A stretch of DNA of 64,000 bases, from positions 31,778-95,777 of the IMG/VR virus record IMGVR_UViG_3300009174_000004; one strand, 5' to 3'. Each line of letters starts with the position of its first letter. The stretch's first letter is position 1. This document shows positions 1 to 7,202 of the stretch, in pieces. A program made the translations under genes and the position numbers. The notes below the pieces were generated by a model that was not told the origin of the DNA, did no database searches, and saw only the letters and a program-made list of their open reading frames with translations. This DNA is from a virus. Taxonomy: Duplodnaviria; Heunggongvirae; Uroviricota; Caudoviricetes.

Positions 1-204
1 CCATTGAGCTACTGGGAGAGGGGGATGTTTCGTTCGTTCCGAGGGCGCCACACGTGCGCGATTCTCCAATGAGTCAGAGCACCTTCGAAGGCGCCCTGCT
101 GGGTCACATACCCCGCACCTGAGGTGCGGAGGGTTCTGGTGCAGGGACGGCACAACCAGTTCCAGCCCCTAGGATCCATCTTCTTTACTCGTAGCGGATT
201 CACG

Positions 205-293
205 CGGAAGGGAGGAGGGTCGAACTCCTACGGGTTGTTAGCCCCAACTGTTTTCAAGACAGTGGCCGGCGCCATCTGTCGGCTGGCCCTTCC
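205..293 (-). tRNA. tRNA-Ser (anticodon TGA), class II with long variable arm
   Basis: Manual fold of the reverse complement. Acceptor GGAAGGG/CCCTTCC. Anticodon arm ACTGT-CTTGAAA-ACAGT. T arm AGGAG-TTCGACC-CTCCT. Long variable stem-loop. Confidence 0.6.
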
Positions 294-300
294 ATTGTGC

Positions 301-531
301 TTAGTCCTTGAGGGACTGGATGAACTGTCGCCACTGGTCCCTGGTGAGGCGAAGTACGACACCATCAGGGTCCTTGGAGTCGCGCATCAGGACCTCGTCC
401 TCGGTGTGACCAACCTCGACGCATTCGCCGCCGCCGCGGTGACCAGCCCTTGCCCAGGCCACCTCGACGCAAGTCCCAGTGTCGCAGCGACTAGACCTTA
501 CCCACGTCGCCATAATGGAATCCCCATCCAC
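301..531 (-). CDS. DUF397-like small protein with a tandem C-V-E-V motif; the start may be the internal Met at 513
   Basis: ORF-track translation contains RCDTGTCVEVAW and GGGECVEVGH followed by VLMRDSKDPDGVVLRLTRDQWRQF, the hallmark of Streptomyces DUF397. Confidence 0.55.
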   Translation of the reverse strand: MDGDSIMATWVRSSRCDTGTCVEVAWARAGHRGGGECVEVGHTEDEVLMRDSKDPDGVVLRLTRDQWRQFIQSLKD

Positions 532-652
532 TCGGACATACCCAAATAGGTCTGTCGCCTGCGCGTTCTCTAGCGCCTTCCTCGGTTCGGTAGCCCATGC
601 ACTTGCATGTGCGACACCAGAACCGAGCTTTATCCTTCTTGGACTTAGTCAT
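491..652 (-). CDS. hypothetical small Cys-rich protein (53 aa)
   Basis: Hand-translated below the ORF-track cutoff: MTKSKKDKARFWCRTCKCMGYRTEEGARERAGDRPIWVCPSGWGFHYGDVGKV. It overlaps the 5' end of the DUF397 ORF. Confidence 0.25.
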   Translation of the reverse strand: MTKSKKDKARFWCRTCKCMGYRTEEGARERAGDRPIWVCPSGWGFHYGDVGKV

Positions 653-762
653 CACGTCCTTGATGTCTCCAGCACCGGCTGTCGTTGGTCTGGACCTTAA
701 GGCACCAGGGCCTCAGGCATAGACGGTAGTACGGGAACTGCCTGTTGAACCAACGTTTCACG

Positions 763-836
763 TACCCGCAAGAGGATTCGAACCTCCGGCCTCCGCATCC
801 GTAGTGCGGCGCTCTAATCCGCTGAGCTATGCGGGC
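763..836 (-). tRNA. tRNA-Arg (anticodon ACG)
   Basis: Acceptor GCCCGCA/TGCGGGT. D arm GCTC..GAGC. Anticodon arm CCGCA-CTACGGA-TGCGG. T loop GGTTCGAATCC. Confidence 0.65.
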
Positions 837-927
837 TGGGAACTGCCGCCAGGTAATTAATAATTCACTAGCAGGACCAGGTCGAAGTGGCTTGATAGGA
901 GTTGTTAATTGTCCTGACGGCAGTTCG

Positions 928-1002
928 TGGGGATGGAAGGATTTGAACCTTCGGCCACCGACGTATCAGGTCGGCACTCTAACCAGGCTGAGTTACATCC
1001 CC
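928..1002 (-). tRNA. tRNA-Ile (anticodon GAT)
   Basis: Acceptor GGGGATG/CATCCCC. Anticodon arm CCGAC-CTGATAC-GTCGG. T arm GAAGG-TTCAAAT-CCTTC. Confidence 0.65.
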
Positions 1003-1069
1003 TAGGTGTCCGGCCTATCGGCCTACCCATACCGGACTGGTGGGACTACAGGTAATTGCCTATCCCAAG

Positions 1070-1155
1070 CGGAAGTGCTCGGATTCGAACCGAGGGACCT
1101 TTTTAGGGGCCACAGTCTTAGCAGGACTGCGCGATAGACCGCTCTGCCACACTTC
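1070..1155 (-). tRNA. tRNA-Ser (anticodon GCT), class II
   Basis: Acceptor GGAAGTG/CACTTCC. Anticodon arm CAGTC-CTGCTAA-GACTG. Long variable arm. T arm CTCGG-TTCGAAT-CCGAG. Confidence 0.65.
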
Positions 1156-1159
1156 CTTG

Positions 1160-1232
1160 TCGGGGTGGGGAGTCTCGAACTCCCGACCTCTTGACCCCCA
1201 GTCAAGCGCGCTGACCCCTGCGCCACACCCCG
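1160..1232 (-). tRNA. tRNA-Pro (anticodon GGG)
   Basis: Acceptor CGGGGTG/CACCCCG. Anticodon arm CTTGA-CTGGGGG-TCAAG. T arm GGGAG-TTCGAGA-CTCCC. Confidence 0.65.
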
Positions 1233-1398
1233 AGACTTACTTGGATCCTCCGCGCTCTCGCTCCCAGACGATCTCCATGGTGCGGGCCTTCCTGGAGCCC
1301 TGCCCCTCGAACTTCCAGCTAGTCGTCATCCCTCGTATCACCCAGCCCCAGTTGATTCTCGGGGCGGTCACGTTGGAACCAGACATTGGAAACCTTTC

Positions 1399-1575
1399 CT
1401 ACTCAGGGAACCGGAGGTTCCTCCAGTTCCCGCCGACGAACTCACGCCACTCCTCGGCAGTGAACTCGACTACTGGGCCATCAGGGTCTTGCGAGTTGCG
1501 CACCAGGACCACATCTTCCTTGTCCATGACCTCTACACAGCCGTTACTGTCGCATCTCCTGGACTTGATCCACAT
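1399..1575 (-). CDS. DUF397-like small protein (58 aa)
   Basis: Hand-translated below the ORF cutoff: MWIKSRRCDSNGCVEVMDKEDVVLVRNSQDPDGPVVEFTAEEWREFVGG... Confidence 0.5.
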   Translation of the reverse strand: MWIKSRRCDSNGCVEVMDKEDVVLVRNSQDPDGPVVEFTAEEWREFVGGNWRNLRFPE

Positions 1576-1853
1576 GGCTCCTCGCTCTCAATGAAGGGAC
1601 CTGGGTCCCAGGGCTGGTAGTCGTAGAACGACGACCTTGGGGTGACGAAGACCTCCTGGACCTCGGCCTTGTGCTTCAGTAGGCACTTGTCGCAGAGGAT
1701 GATGCGCAGGTGCCGGAGGTTGGACATCGGGTCGTAGACCGTGCTGCCGTACTGCCCACCGCTGGTGAAGACGGTGGCCCCGTAGGGCTGCTCGGGCCAA
1801 TGCTCCTTGTCGACAGACTCGGGCACGTACCCACACTTGAAACAAGGGATCAT
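1533..1853 (-). CDS. hypothetical zinc-finger protein (CxxC...CxxC), about 106 aa
   Basis: ORF 1533..1916 trimmed to the internal Met just downstream of tRNA-Asp: MIPCFKCGYVPESVDKEHWPEQPYG...ILCDKCLLKHKAEV. Its 3' end overlaps the DUF397 gene. Confidence 0.4.
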   Translation of the reverse strand: MIPCFKCGYVPESVDKEHWPEQPYGATVFTSGGQYGSTVYDPMSNLRHLRIILCDKCLLKHKAEVQEVFVTPRSSFYDYQPWDPGPFIESEEPCGSSPGDATVTAV

Positions 1854-1857
1854 CACG

Positions 1858-1930
1858 CGCTGCCGACGGGAGTCGAACCCGCACCAACCGGCCTGACAAG
1901 CCGGGACCCTAACCATTGGGCTACGACAGC
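1858..1930 (-). tRNA. tRNA-Asp (anticodon GTC)
   Basis: Acceptor GCTGTCG/CGGCAGC. Anticodon arm CCGGC-TTGTCAG-GCCGG. T arm CGGG-TTCGACT-CCCG. Confidence 0.65.
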
Positions 1931-1934
1931 TTGG

Positions 1935-2009
1935 TACCGACGTAGGGACTCGAACCCTAAAACACCTGATCCTAAGTCAGGCCGCTTGAGCCAATCAGCG
2001 TGCGTCGGC
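1935..2009 (-). tRNA. tRNA with anticodon TAG (Leu by anticodon) but a class-I fold with a 5-nt variable loop; the 3' CCA appears to be encoded
   Basis: Acceptor GCCGACG/CGTCGGT followed by A then CCA. Perfect anticodon arm CCTGA-CTTAGGA-TCAGG. T arm TAGGG-TTCGAGT-CCCTA. Confidence 0.5.
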
Positions 2010-2010
2010 G

Positions 2011-2079
2011 TGGAGCAAATCGGTATCGAACCGATCGGGGTCTCCTTGCAAGGGAGACCTGTGCACCAGCACCTGCCCC
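2011..2079 (-). tRNA. tRNA-Ala (anticodon TGC) with a reduced D arm (69 nt)
   Basis: Acceptor GGGGCAG/TTGCTCC including a G3:U70 wobble, the Ala identity element. Anticodon arm TCTCC-CTTGCAA-GGAGA. Perfect T arm ATCGG-TTCGATA-CCGAT. Confidence 0.45.
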
Positions 2080-2087
2080 ATATACAA

Positions 2088-2145
2088 CCCTAGGGGGCAC
2101 TACCTGCGCGCTGGCTCAGGTCCGCGAAACCCGAGGCCCCCTAGG
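2088..2145. repeat. Inverted repeat CCCTAGGGGGC / GCCCCCTAGG with a ~36-nt spacer; not a tRNA
   Basis: Arms of 10-11 bp read directly between two tRNA genes. No T-loop or D-loop motifs. Confidence 0.4.
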
Positions 2146-2149
2146 ATCG

Positions 2150-2223
2150 AGCCCACCCCCGGATTCGAACCGGAAACCTTCCGCTTACAAGGCGGCTGCA
2201 CAAACCGTCTGTGCTACGTGGGC
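2150..2223 (-). tRNA. tRNA-Thr (anticodon TGT)
   Basis: Acceptor GCCCACG/GGTGGGC with a 7:66 mismatch. D arm GCAC..GTGC. Anticodon loop CTTGTAA. T loop GGTTCGAATCC. Confidence 0.5.
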
Positions 2224-2278
2224 GAGACACTGACCTCGGTGCCAGTTCACCATAGGAGGCCAGCGTTCTCTTCCTGGG

Positions 2279-2467
2279 TTACTGCTGCGGTTGTGAACCA
2301 CCACCCTGGAAGTCATGCTCACCCTCGTGAGGGTGAGGAAGAATGCACCAGTGCTCTAGGTTCTCGTCAAGCTCTAAGCACTGGTCTGGAAGACCCATGA
2401 GGCGAGCGACTACGCGGCCCTGCCCGTCCATGGACATTGCGATGCCAAAGTATCCGGTCACGTTCAC
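2279..2467 (-). CDS. hypothetical small protein; putative GTG start overlaps the upstream stop as GTGA
   Basis: The C-terminal part of ORF 2279..2635 (…YFGIAMSMDGQGRVVARLMGLPDQCLELDENLEHWCILPHPHEGEH…) looks protein-like. The upstream part overlaps the neighbouring gene in another frame. Confidence 0.25.
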   Translation of the reverse strand: MNVTGYFGIAMSMDGQGRVVARLMGLPDQCLELDENLEHWCILPHPHEGEHDFQGGGSQPQQ

Positions 2468-2724
2468 CTCCAAGCGCTCCCTGAGATAGGACCCACGTCC
2501 ACATCTTCGTGGTCCTGAAGCTTGATCAGTTCTTGCCGAATGCTGCGCCAGATCACTCGCGCCTGCTTGAAGCCGCGCCTTCGGTTGGCCCTTTCGCCAT
2601 AGTGATCGCATCGACAAGTCTTGTAAAGGGGCCACATTTCATCCTGGTACCGGTACCAGCGGTGCCGTTCGTAAGAGTCAGCCTCCTGGACATGCCAGGG
2701 GCGATGGACGTCGGTGCGGGACAT
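2464..2724 (-). CDS. hypothetical small Cys/His-containing protein (86 aa)
   Basis: ORF-track translation has a non-repetitive composition and motifs CRCDHYG and WHVQEAD. Confidence 0.4.
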   Translation of the reverse strand: MSRTDVHRPWHVQEADSYERHRWYRYQDEMWPLYKTCRCDHYGERANRRRGFKQARVIWRSIRQELIKLQDHEDVDVGPISGSAWR

Positions 2725-2785
2725 GTAACGACCTGTCCTTCGGCCGCCTAGCCGCCATGGCTAGGACTAACGCCTCTCCATGACG

Positions 2786-3163
2786 TCACGTCCTTCCGGG
2801 CTTGGGCCAACAGGCCTTCACGATCTCGCTGTCCGAGCCCACTCGAAACTTGGCTAACACCTTGCGCTTCTTGTTGGTCAGGTAGTAGCACTTACAGTCC
2901 TGCTCTGCGGCTAGTGGCAGGTACTCAAGCGGATCACTGCGCCAATGCAGCTTGTCCCAGATCCACTCGGCAATCCTGAACCCCGGCACCTTGTAGATCC
3001 ACATGTCGTACCAGTGGTAGATCGTTGCCATGAGCCAGGGCCAGAACGGCTGCTCCCATAGCTCGACCATGTACCACACGTAGAGGTCGGTGCGCGTGCC
3101 GTCCTTCTTGATGAAGCCGTTAGGTGCACGTTCTCCGTGCTGCATCAGTGTGTATCCGCGCAA
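2786..3163 (-). CDS. hypothetical Trp-rich protein (125 aa)
   Basis: Translation MRGYTLMQHGERAPNGFIKKDGTRTDLYVWYMVELWEQPFWPW... has a globular-like composition. Confidence 0.45.
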   Translation of the reverse strand: MRGYTLMQHGERAPNGFIKKDGTRTDLYVWYMVELWEQPFWPWLMATIYHWYDMWIYKVPGFRIAEWIWDKLHWRSDPLEYLPLAAEQDCKCYYLTNKKRKVLAKFRVGSDSEIVKACWPKPGRT

Positions 3164-3357
3164 CCCTTTAGCTCCCTGCTGCTACCTGACTGAAGCTGGA
3201 CCGGCTCCTCGGGAATCTCGGGGCCAGGCGCAGGCTCAGACACCTTCGTCACCTTGGTGATTCCAGGGATCAGGCGCAAGGCACGGGACCAGTTCCCGGC
3301 ATACACGGTGCGTCGTCCCTTGGGCTTTCCCTTGCTGTACCTCGATCTCATCATCAC
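3145..3357 (-). CDS. hypothetical small basic protein (70 aa)
   Basis: ORF with a basic N-terminus (MMMRSRYSKGKPKGRR), overlapping the upstream gene by 19 nt. Confidence 0.3.
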   Translation of the reverse strand: MMMRSRYSKGKPKGRRTVYAGNWSRALRLIPGITKVTKVSEPAPGPEIPEEPVQLQSGSSRELKGCADTH

Positions 3358-3513
3358 CTGCCTAAGTATGGGGGGCGCAGATCTGGACTAAGGCCATAGG
3401 AGACCCGAAGAGAGCAGGGTTGTTTTAGCCCGTCATGATCCAGTCTTCAAGGCATCTAAAATGAAGATACCCTTATGCGATTCTCTCTTTCTTTACCTTG
3501 TTGACGCCCCATG

Positions 3514-3587
3514 TGCCCGCAACAGGAGTCGAACCTGCAAGCACCAGCACCTCATGCTGACGGCTTTGCCAATTTGCCTACACGGGC
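3514..3587 (-). tRNA. tRNA with anticodon GAG (Leu by anticodon) but a class-I fold (74 nt)
   Basis: Acceptor GCCCGTG/TGCGGGC. Anticodon arm TCAGC-ATGAGGT-GCTGG. T arm GCAGG-TTCGACT-CCTGT. Discriminator A. Confidence 0.45.
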
Positions 3588-3872
3588 CTAGTTGTAGTCC
3601 TGGCCGATCCTCAGTTCGCCCGCCTCTGGGTCGGCGCCGATGGCCTGGCAGATCTTCTCCCAGATCGGCCTGAGGCAGTCCGTGCACAGGTCCAGGCGAA
3701 CCCGGTCGTTGACGCACTCGTCCTCGTTGAGGGTGATCCTCAACTGGTTCGGGAACTTGTCCTCGTCGCCTGATTCGTGGTCAAGGTCCCGGCCGCACTT
3801 GTCGCACGTGATGGTTTCGATTGCCATGCGGCGCTCTACCATCTTCTTCTCGTACTTGATTTCCTTGGACAC
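3588..3872 (-). CDS. zinc-ribbon protein (two CxxC pairs), 94 aa
   Basis: Translation contains TCDKCGRD ... CTDCLRP. The gene is packed exactly between two tRNAs (stop at 3588-3590; the next tRNA ends at 3587). Confidence 0.5.
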   Translation of the reverse strand: MSKEIKYEKKMVERRMAIETITCDKCGRDLDHESGDEDKFPNQLRITLNEDECVNDRVRLDLCTDCLRPIWEKICQAIGADPEAGELRIGQDYN

Positions 3873-3873
3873 G

Positions 3874-3948
3874 CACCCCGAGGAGGATTCGAACCTTAGC
3901 CATTCCCTGGTCCAGAGCCAGGTGTCCTGCCAGTTAGACGATCGGGGT
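3874..3948 (-). tRNA. tRNA-Gln (anticodon CTG)
   Basis: Acceptor ACCCCGA/TCGGGGT with discriminator G. D arm GTCT..GGAC. Perfect anticodon arm CCTGG-CTCTGGA-CCAGG. T loop TTCGAAT, though the T stem is weak. Confidence 0.5.
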
Positions 3949-3953
3949 AGGAC

Positions 3954-3989
3954 GGGGGCACCCTGTCACGGGGGTAAGAGGGTGCCCCC
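3954..3989. other. Stable GC-rich hairpin (11-bp stem GGGGGCACCCT/AGGGTGCCCCC, 14-nt loop) with no U-tract
   Basis: Read directly from sequence. Lies between tRNA-Gln and the HNH gene. Confidence 0.4.
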
Positions 3990-4202
3990 GGGGGCCAGCC
4001 GGTTGGAGGTTGCCCTGGGGAGGGTACCAACCGCCGGTTCCACCACCTCAAAGCCAGAGGGCCTTGAGGCTCTTCTCCATTCGGATCATCGCCAGAACTG
4101 CCGTCTCTGCAGCGTAGGGGTTGATCCGAAGGAGGTCTGGTGCCATCTGTTCCAGCATCAGGTAGACCCTCACTGCCTCGACGGCAGGGTCCAGCTTCAT
4201 TC

Positions 4203-4646
4203 TCACCGTCTCAGGTTGGCCCATGTAGGCGCCTCCGGCTTGACTTGAAGGACCATACCGGCCTCTTGCGGGGTCCGGTCGCCCTTGCGCTGGTTGCAGG
4301 GATCACACGAGGCCACCGTGTTGGTCCAGGTGTTCTTCCCACCCCTGGAGGTGGGAATGACGTGGTCCACGGTGATGCCTGTGTGGCCGTTGCAGTAGCT
4401 GCAGGTGAAGTTGTCCCGACGTAGCACGCCACTACGTGACCAGGACGGTCCCGCCGTGTAGCGCCACTTGGTGACGATGTACCTCACCAGCTTGACGACC
4501 TTGGGCATACCCCAAGGTCCGTACCGTATGTCAGGCTCCGATTCGTGGACCTCTGCCACACCACGGCAAAGCATCCGGATCGCGTGCCTGAGGCTGACCC
4601 GGTGCAGTGGTCCTAGGTCAGCGTTGAGAACTAGGACTGCTTGCAC
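4203..4646 (-). CDS. HNH endonuclease
   Basis: Translation contains CSYCNGHTGITVDHVIPTSRGGKNTWTNTVASCDPCNQRKGDRTP, the HNH signature (C-x2-C ... DH ... N ... C-x2-C). Confidence 0.8.
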   Translation of the reverse strand: MQAVLVLNADLGPLHRVSLRHAIRMLCRGVAEVHESEPDIRYGPWGMPKVVKLVRYIVTKWRYTAGPSWSRSGVLRRDNFTCSYCNGHTGITVDHVIPTSRGGKNTWTNTVASCDPCNQRKGDRTPQEAGMVLQVKPEAPTWANLRR

Positions 4647-4711
4647 TGGGTGCTCCTTTCCGTCCTAGAAGCCCATGTCCTTCCCTTTCGCTGGGCTGTG
4701 TATAAGAAACG

Positions 4712-4782
4712 TGCGGCCGAGCAGACTCGAACTGCCTCCTGCGCCTTGGCAAAACGCCGTGCAACCCCTACACCACGACCAC
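4712..4782 (-). tRNA. tRNA-Gly (anticodon GCC), 71 nt
   Basis: Acceptor GTGGTCG/CGGCCGC with two G-U pairs. Anticodon arm GCGTT-TTGCCAA-GGCGC. T arm GGCAG-TTCGAGT-CTGCT. Confidence 0.55.
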
Positions 4783-4885
4783 AACTTGTTAGTAGTCAAT
4801 CCAGGCAACTATCACTGCGGTGATGCTAAGCAGCAATGCCCCCAGGGTCAGTAGTACTACAGCGATCCTTGATCTGTCATTCACG

Positions 4886-4960
4886 AGCCGGCGCCGAGCC
4901 TCGAACTCGGTTCTCTCCGCTTACGAGACGGGGGTTTTAACCAGATTAAACTACCCCGGC
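4886..4960 (-). tRNA. tRNA-Thr (anticodon CGT)
   Basis: Acceptor GCCGGGG/CGCCGGC. D arm GTTT..AAAC. Anticodon loop CTCGTAA. T arm CCGAG-TTCGAGG-CTCGG. Confidence 0.5.
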
Positions 4961-5037
4961 TTAAGGTTCCCTGGCATCAGTCTTCGCTGTGGAGCGAATC
5001 ACACACATCGGATCTCACTTCCGAACCAGGGAACCCG

Positions 5038-5110
5038 AGCCCAAGGTCAGAATCGAACTGACCCCTCGGACTTACCACGTCCGCGCTCTCACCAGTCGAG
5101 CTACATGGGC
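5038..5110 (-). tRNA. tRNA-Thr (anticodon GGT)
   Basis: Acceptor GCCCATG/CTTGGGC. D arm GCTC..GAGC. Perfect anticodon arm CGGAC-GTGGTAA-GTCCG. T arm GTCAG-TTCGATT-CTGAC. Confidence 0.6.
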
Positions 5111-5118
5111 AGGCGGCG

Positions 5119-5523
5119 CTAAACTTCAGCGCCGTTGCGAAGATCCTTCGCCGTTTCCTCGAAGAGATCAATGACTTCTTCGACAGTGCGGCTGGGCACA
5201 TCGTTCCAGAGGGGAAGGTTGAAGGGGTAGGTCAACCCTTCCTCCTGCGCACGCTTAACCAGCTTCTTGTCCAGCGCATTCTTGGCGGCGTAGAAGAGGT
5301 CGTTCGCCTTCTTGATCTGCCACACCAGGGCACCAGCGCTGCAAACCTCAGCTATCGCCGGATCGAGTACCCCACCAGGGCACATTATCGAGATCTTATC
5401 GCCGGAGCCGTCGCGTGCCATCGTCTTCTGTGTCCAGCCGATGGTCCCATCTCGCCAGGCCCGGGCGCTATTCTCCAGAACCTCGGCGACCTTGTTGTTC
5501 CAGTCGATGTTCCAGTTCTTCAT
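5119..5523 (-). CDS. hypothetical protein (134 aa)
   Basis: ORF with balanced composition (MKNWNIDWNNKVAEVLENSARAWRDGTIGW...). The stop abuts the tRNA-Thr 5' end. Confidence 0.45.
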   Translation of the reverse strand: MKNWNIDWNNKVAEVLENSARAWRDGTIGWTQKTMARDGSGDKISIMCPGGVLDPAIAEVCSAGALVWQIKKANDLFYAAKNALDKKLVKRAQEEGLTYPFNLPLWNDVPSRTVEEVIDLFEETAKDLRNGAEV

Positions 5524-5741
5524 TTGCTCTTCTCCAGGGTTCTCTGCGTCTCATCTTTTCCGCGTTCGTTCCGCAATGCTGGCGTGTTGCCAGCACAGTG
5601 CCTCGCGATCGACTACCCGGGTTGCCTTGCGTTGACAACTCCACGTTGACGAAGCCCACGAGCTACCGAACGCTTGCGCTGTCGTCACTGCCTGACACCA
5701 TCCAAGGTCAGGCGTTGCTTCCTTGTCCATCTGGTCCTCCG

Positions 5742-5815
5742 CTCCGGGTGCGAGACTCGAACTCGCAGGTTCCAGATCCAAAGTCTGGCCACGGACGCCG
5801 ATGCCGTACCCCGGA
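5742..5815 (-). tRNA. tRNA-Gln (anticodon TTG)
   Basis: Acceptor TCCGGGG/ACCCGGA (U1-A72) with discriminator G. Perfect anticodon arm CCAGA-CTTTGGA-TCTGG. T arm GCGAG-TTCGAGT-CTCGC. Confidence 0.6.
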
Positions 5816-5970
5816 TTAACTGTCCTCGTCGACTCCCTCCTCAAAGACAAGTTCCTCTGGGTAGCAGCCGAATTGGGCCTTGAACGACTCACGCTGGAAG
5901 GCGAGCGCCTCAGCGACCTGTTCCGGGTCCCCGGACAGGAGAGCCTGAAGTACTACCTCAGGACCCTTGT

Positions 5971-6138
5971 CTAGTCTGGCCACACCCAGCCTCGCTTCTC
6001 AGCATCATTCGCTGCGCGCTCGTACCAGTGGCCGCGTTCCTCTGGTGGAAGATCGAAGAACTCTGAGCCAGTTTCTTCTCTGGCTTTCTCGTACCAGTAG
6101 CTGCGTTCTTCTGCCGGTAGATCATGGAAATCAACCAT
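5971..6138 (-). CDS. hypothetical 55-aa protein with an internal tandem duplication
   Basis: Hand-translated: MVDFHDLPAEERSYWYEKAREETGSEFFDLPPEERGHWYERAANDAEKRGWVWPD. The duplicated unit is LPxEERxxWYE. The start abuts the 3' end of tRNA-Gly. Confidence 0.4.
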   Translation of the reverse strand: MVDFHDLPAEERSYWYEKAREETGSEFFDLPPEERGHWYERAANDAEKRGWVWPD

Positions 6139-6139
6139 G

Positions 6140-6213
6140 TGCGGATGCCGGGGCTCGAACCCGATTCCTTCTGTTTGGAAGACAGACGTGCAAACCTGTT
6201 ACACCTCATCCAC
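6140..6213 (-). tRNA. tRNA-Gly (anticodon TCC)
   Basis: Acceptor GTGGATG/CATCCGC. Perfect anticodon arm TCTGT-CTTCCAA-ACAGA. T arm TCGGG-TTCGAGC-CCCGG. Confidence 0.6.
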
Positions 6214-6324
6214 GTTGCCCCAGTCACCCCACCTTGACTGGAACGCTTGCGTCCCGTGATGCTCCATTCACTAGACGCACTCCCGAGCACCTAGGCTCAT
6301 TCGTCTTTCTGGCCTTCCTAGGCG

Positions 6325-6399
6325 AGGACCGTACGGGGCTCGAACCCGCAATACTCCGACTTGAGAGGCCGGTGAGTTTACCAATTCCTCCAACGGTCC
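6325..6399 (-). tRNA. tRNA-Glu (anticodon CTC)
   Basis: Perfect acceptor GGACCGT/ACGGTCC. Anticodon arm CCGGC-CTCTCAA-GTCGG. T arm GCGGG-TTCGAGC-CCCGT. Confidence 0.6.
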
Positions 6400-6487
6400 A
6401 GACGTAAGGCAAGGAGTCAACCTGTCCAGGATTTCCTTCTGGTTGTTACCATCTTCATCCCGTTCACTCTCGGTTCCTTGCCCTACG

Positions 6488-6559
6488 TATCTCCTGACGG
6501 AATCGAACCGCCGCAGTCCGGGCTTCAACCGGATGCTCTACCACCTAAGCTAAGGAGAC
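6488..6559 (-). tRNA. tRNA-Phe (anticodon GAA)
   Basis: Acceptor GTCTCCT/AGGAGAT. D arm GCTT..GAGC. Anticodon arm TCCGG-TTGAAGC-CCGGA. T arm GGCGG-TTCGATT-CCGTC. Confidence 0.6.
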
Positions 6560-6595
6560 ATGGGGCACAAGATTCGTGCCCTTTGTGCTGTTGAA

Positions 6596-7021
6596 TCAGT
6601 TCGTTGGGTGCTGGAACCAGATCGAACTGCCGGAGTTCCCGGGAGGGAAGCAGCTTCCGAACCAGGCCCCTGCCCAACCTGACTGGGTGCAGTTCTTGAA
6701 CTGTCCCTGATAGACCGTGGCGATGGCCGTGCCGGAGCAGCCCGCGTTCTCGTAGATCGTTGCTGACCAGCCCCACGTGAGCTTCATCGACCCGATCTGA
6801 TCGTTGATCGCAGGACCGAAGGGAATGCATTGGCTCGAAGCTGGCGACGTCCAGTAGTAGGCGGGATTGCTGCCACCGGGCCAGGCGGCGTACCAGACGC
6901 AGATGTGGGTTGGTCCACACGCTTCTCCATGTGCTGATGCTGGGGCCTCGGCAGCCACTGCTATTCCCAGACCCAGGATCACAGCACCGATAGCCGCTGC
7001 GATCCTTCGACGAGCGCTCAT
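6596..7021 (-). CDS. secreted Cys-containing protein (signal peptide plus ~110-aa mature domain)
   Basis: From the internal Met: MSARRRIAAAIGAVILGLGIAVAAEAPASA, then a Cys/Trp/Gly-rich domain (GEACGPTHICVWY...CSGTAIATVYQGQFKNC). Confidence 0.5.
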   Translation of the reverse strand: MSARRRIAAAIGAVILGLGIAVAAEAPASAHGEACGPTHICVWYAAWPGGSNPAYYWTSPASSQCIPFGPAINDQIGSMKLTWGWSATIYENAGCSGTAIATVYQGQFKNCTQSGWAGAWFGSCFPPGNSGSSIWFQHPTN

Positions 7022-7059
7022 GCAAGCTCCTCTTCTTGGACTCAACAAAGCCTTGAAGG

Positions 7060-7125
7060 AAACCACGGCGGGATTCGAACCACGCATCTAGTGCGTCCAC
7101 CACTCTTCCGTTGAGCTACGTGATT
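7060..7125 (-). tRNA. degenerate tRNA-like element (66 nt) with acceptor, D and T-loop motifs but poor T and anticodon stems (possible TAG/CTA loop)
   Basis: Acceptor AATCACG/CGTGGTT. D arm GCTC-AACGGAA-GAGT. TTCGAAT present but with only 2-3 bp of T stem. Anticodon arm ACGC-ACTAGAT-GCGT. Confidence 0.25.
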
Positions 7126-7130
7126 TCCAG

Positions 7131-7202
7131 GGATCGCGATGGGACTCGAACCCACAACCCAGCGTTTTAGAAACGCCTGCTCTGCCGTTAAGCTACGCGA
7201 TC
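7131..7202 (-). tRNA. suppressor-type tRNA with anticodon CTA (reads UAG amber)
   Basis: Acceptor GATCGCG/CGCGATC. D arm GCTT-AACGGCA-GAGC. Anticodon arm GGCGT-TTCTAAA-ACGCT with canonical U33 and A37. T arm GTGGG-TTCGAGT-CCCAT. Confidence 0.55.

Noticed and set aside
124-549. 141-aa plus-strand ORF at the window start
   Set aside because: It runs across the minus-strand tRNA-Ser (205-293) and the DUF397 gene and has a Gly/Ser/Arg-rich junk-like translation.
1040-1594. 184-aa plus-strand ORF spanning 1040-1594
   Set aside because: It is antisense to two tRNAs (Ser-GCT, Pro-GGG) and the DUF397 gene at 1399..1575. Its composition is Ser/Pro/Arg-rich.
2088-2145. Palindromic element between tRNA-Ala and tRNA-Thr, considered as a further tRNA
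   Set aside because: No T-loop or D-loop consensus and no cloverleaf. Kept only as an inverted repeat.
4965-5035. GGTTCCCTGG...CCAGGGAACC 10-bp inverted repeat with a TTCGGAA-like motif, considered as a tRNA
   Set aside because: The TTCG-like motif is at the wrong end for a minus-strand tRNA and absent for a plus-strand one. Probably a hairpin or processing signal only.
6525-7103. 192-aa minus-strand ORF 6525..7103 in an alternative frame to the secreted-protein gene
   Set aside because: It runs through tRNA-Phe and the degenerate tRNA-like element and has an Arg/Ser/Leu-rich composition. The 6596..7021 frame has a bona fide signal peptide.
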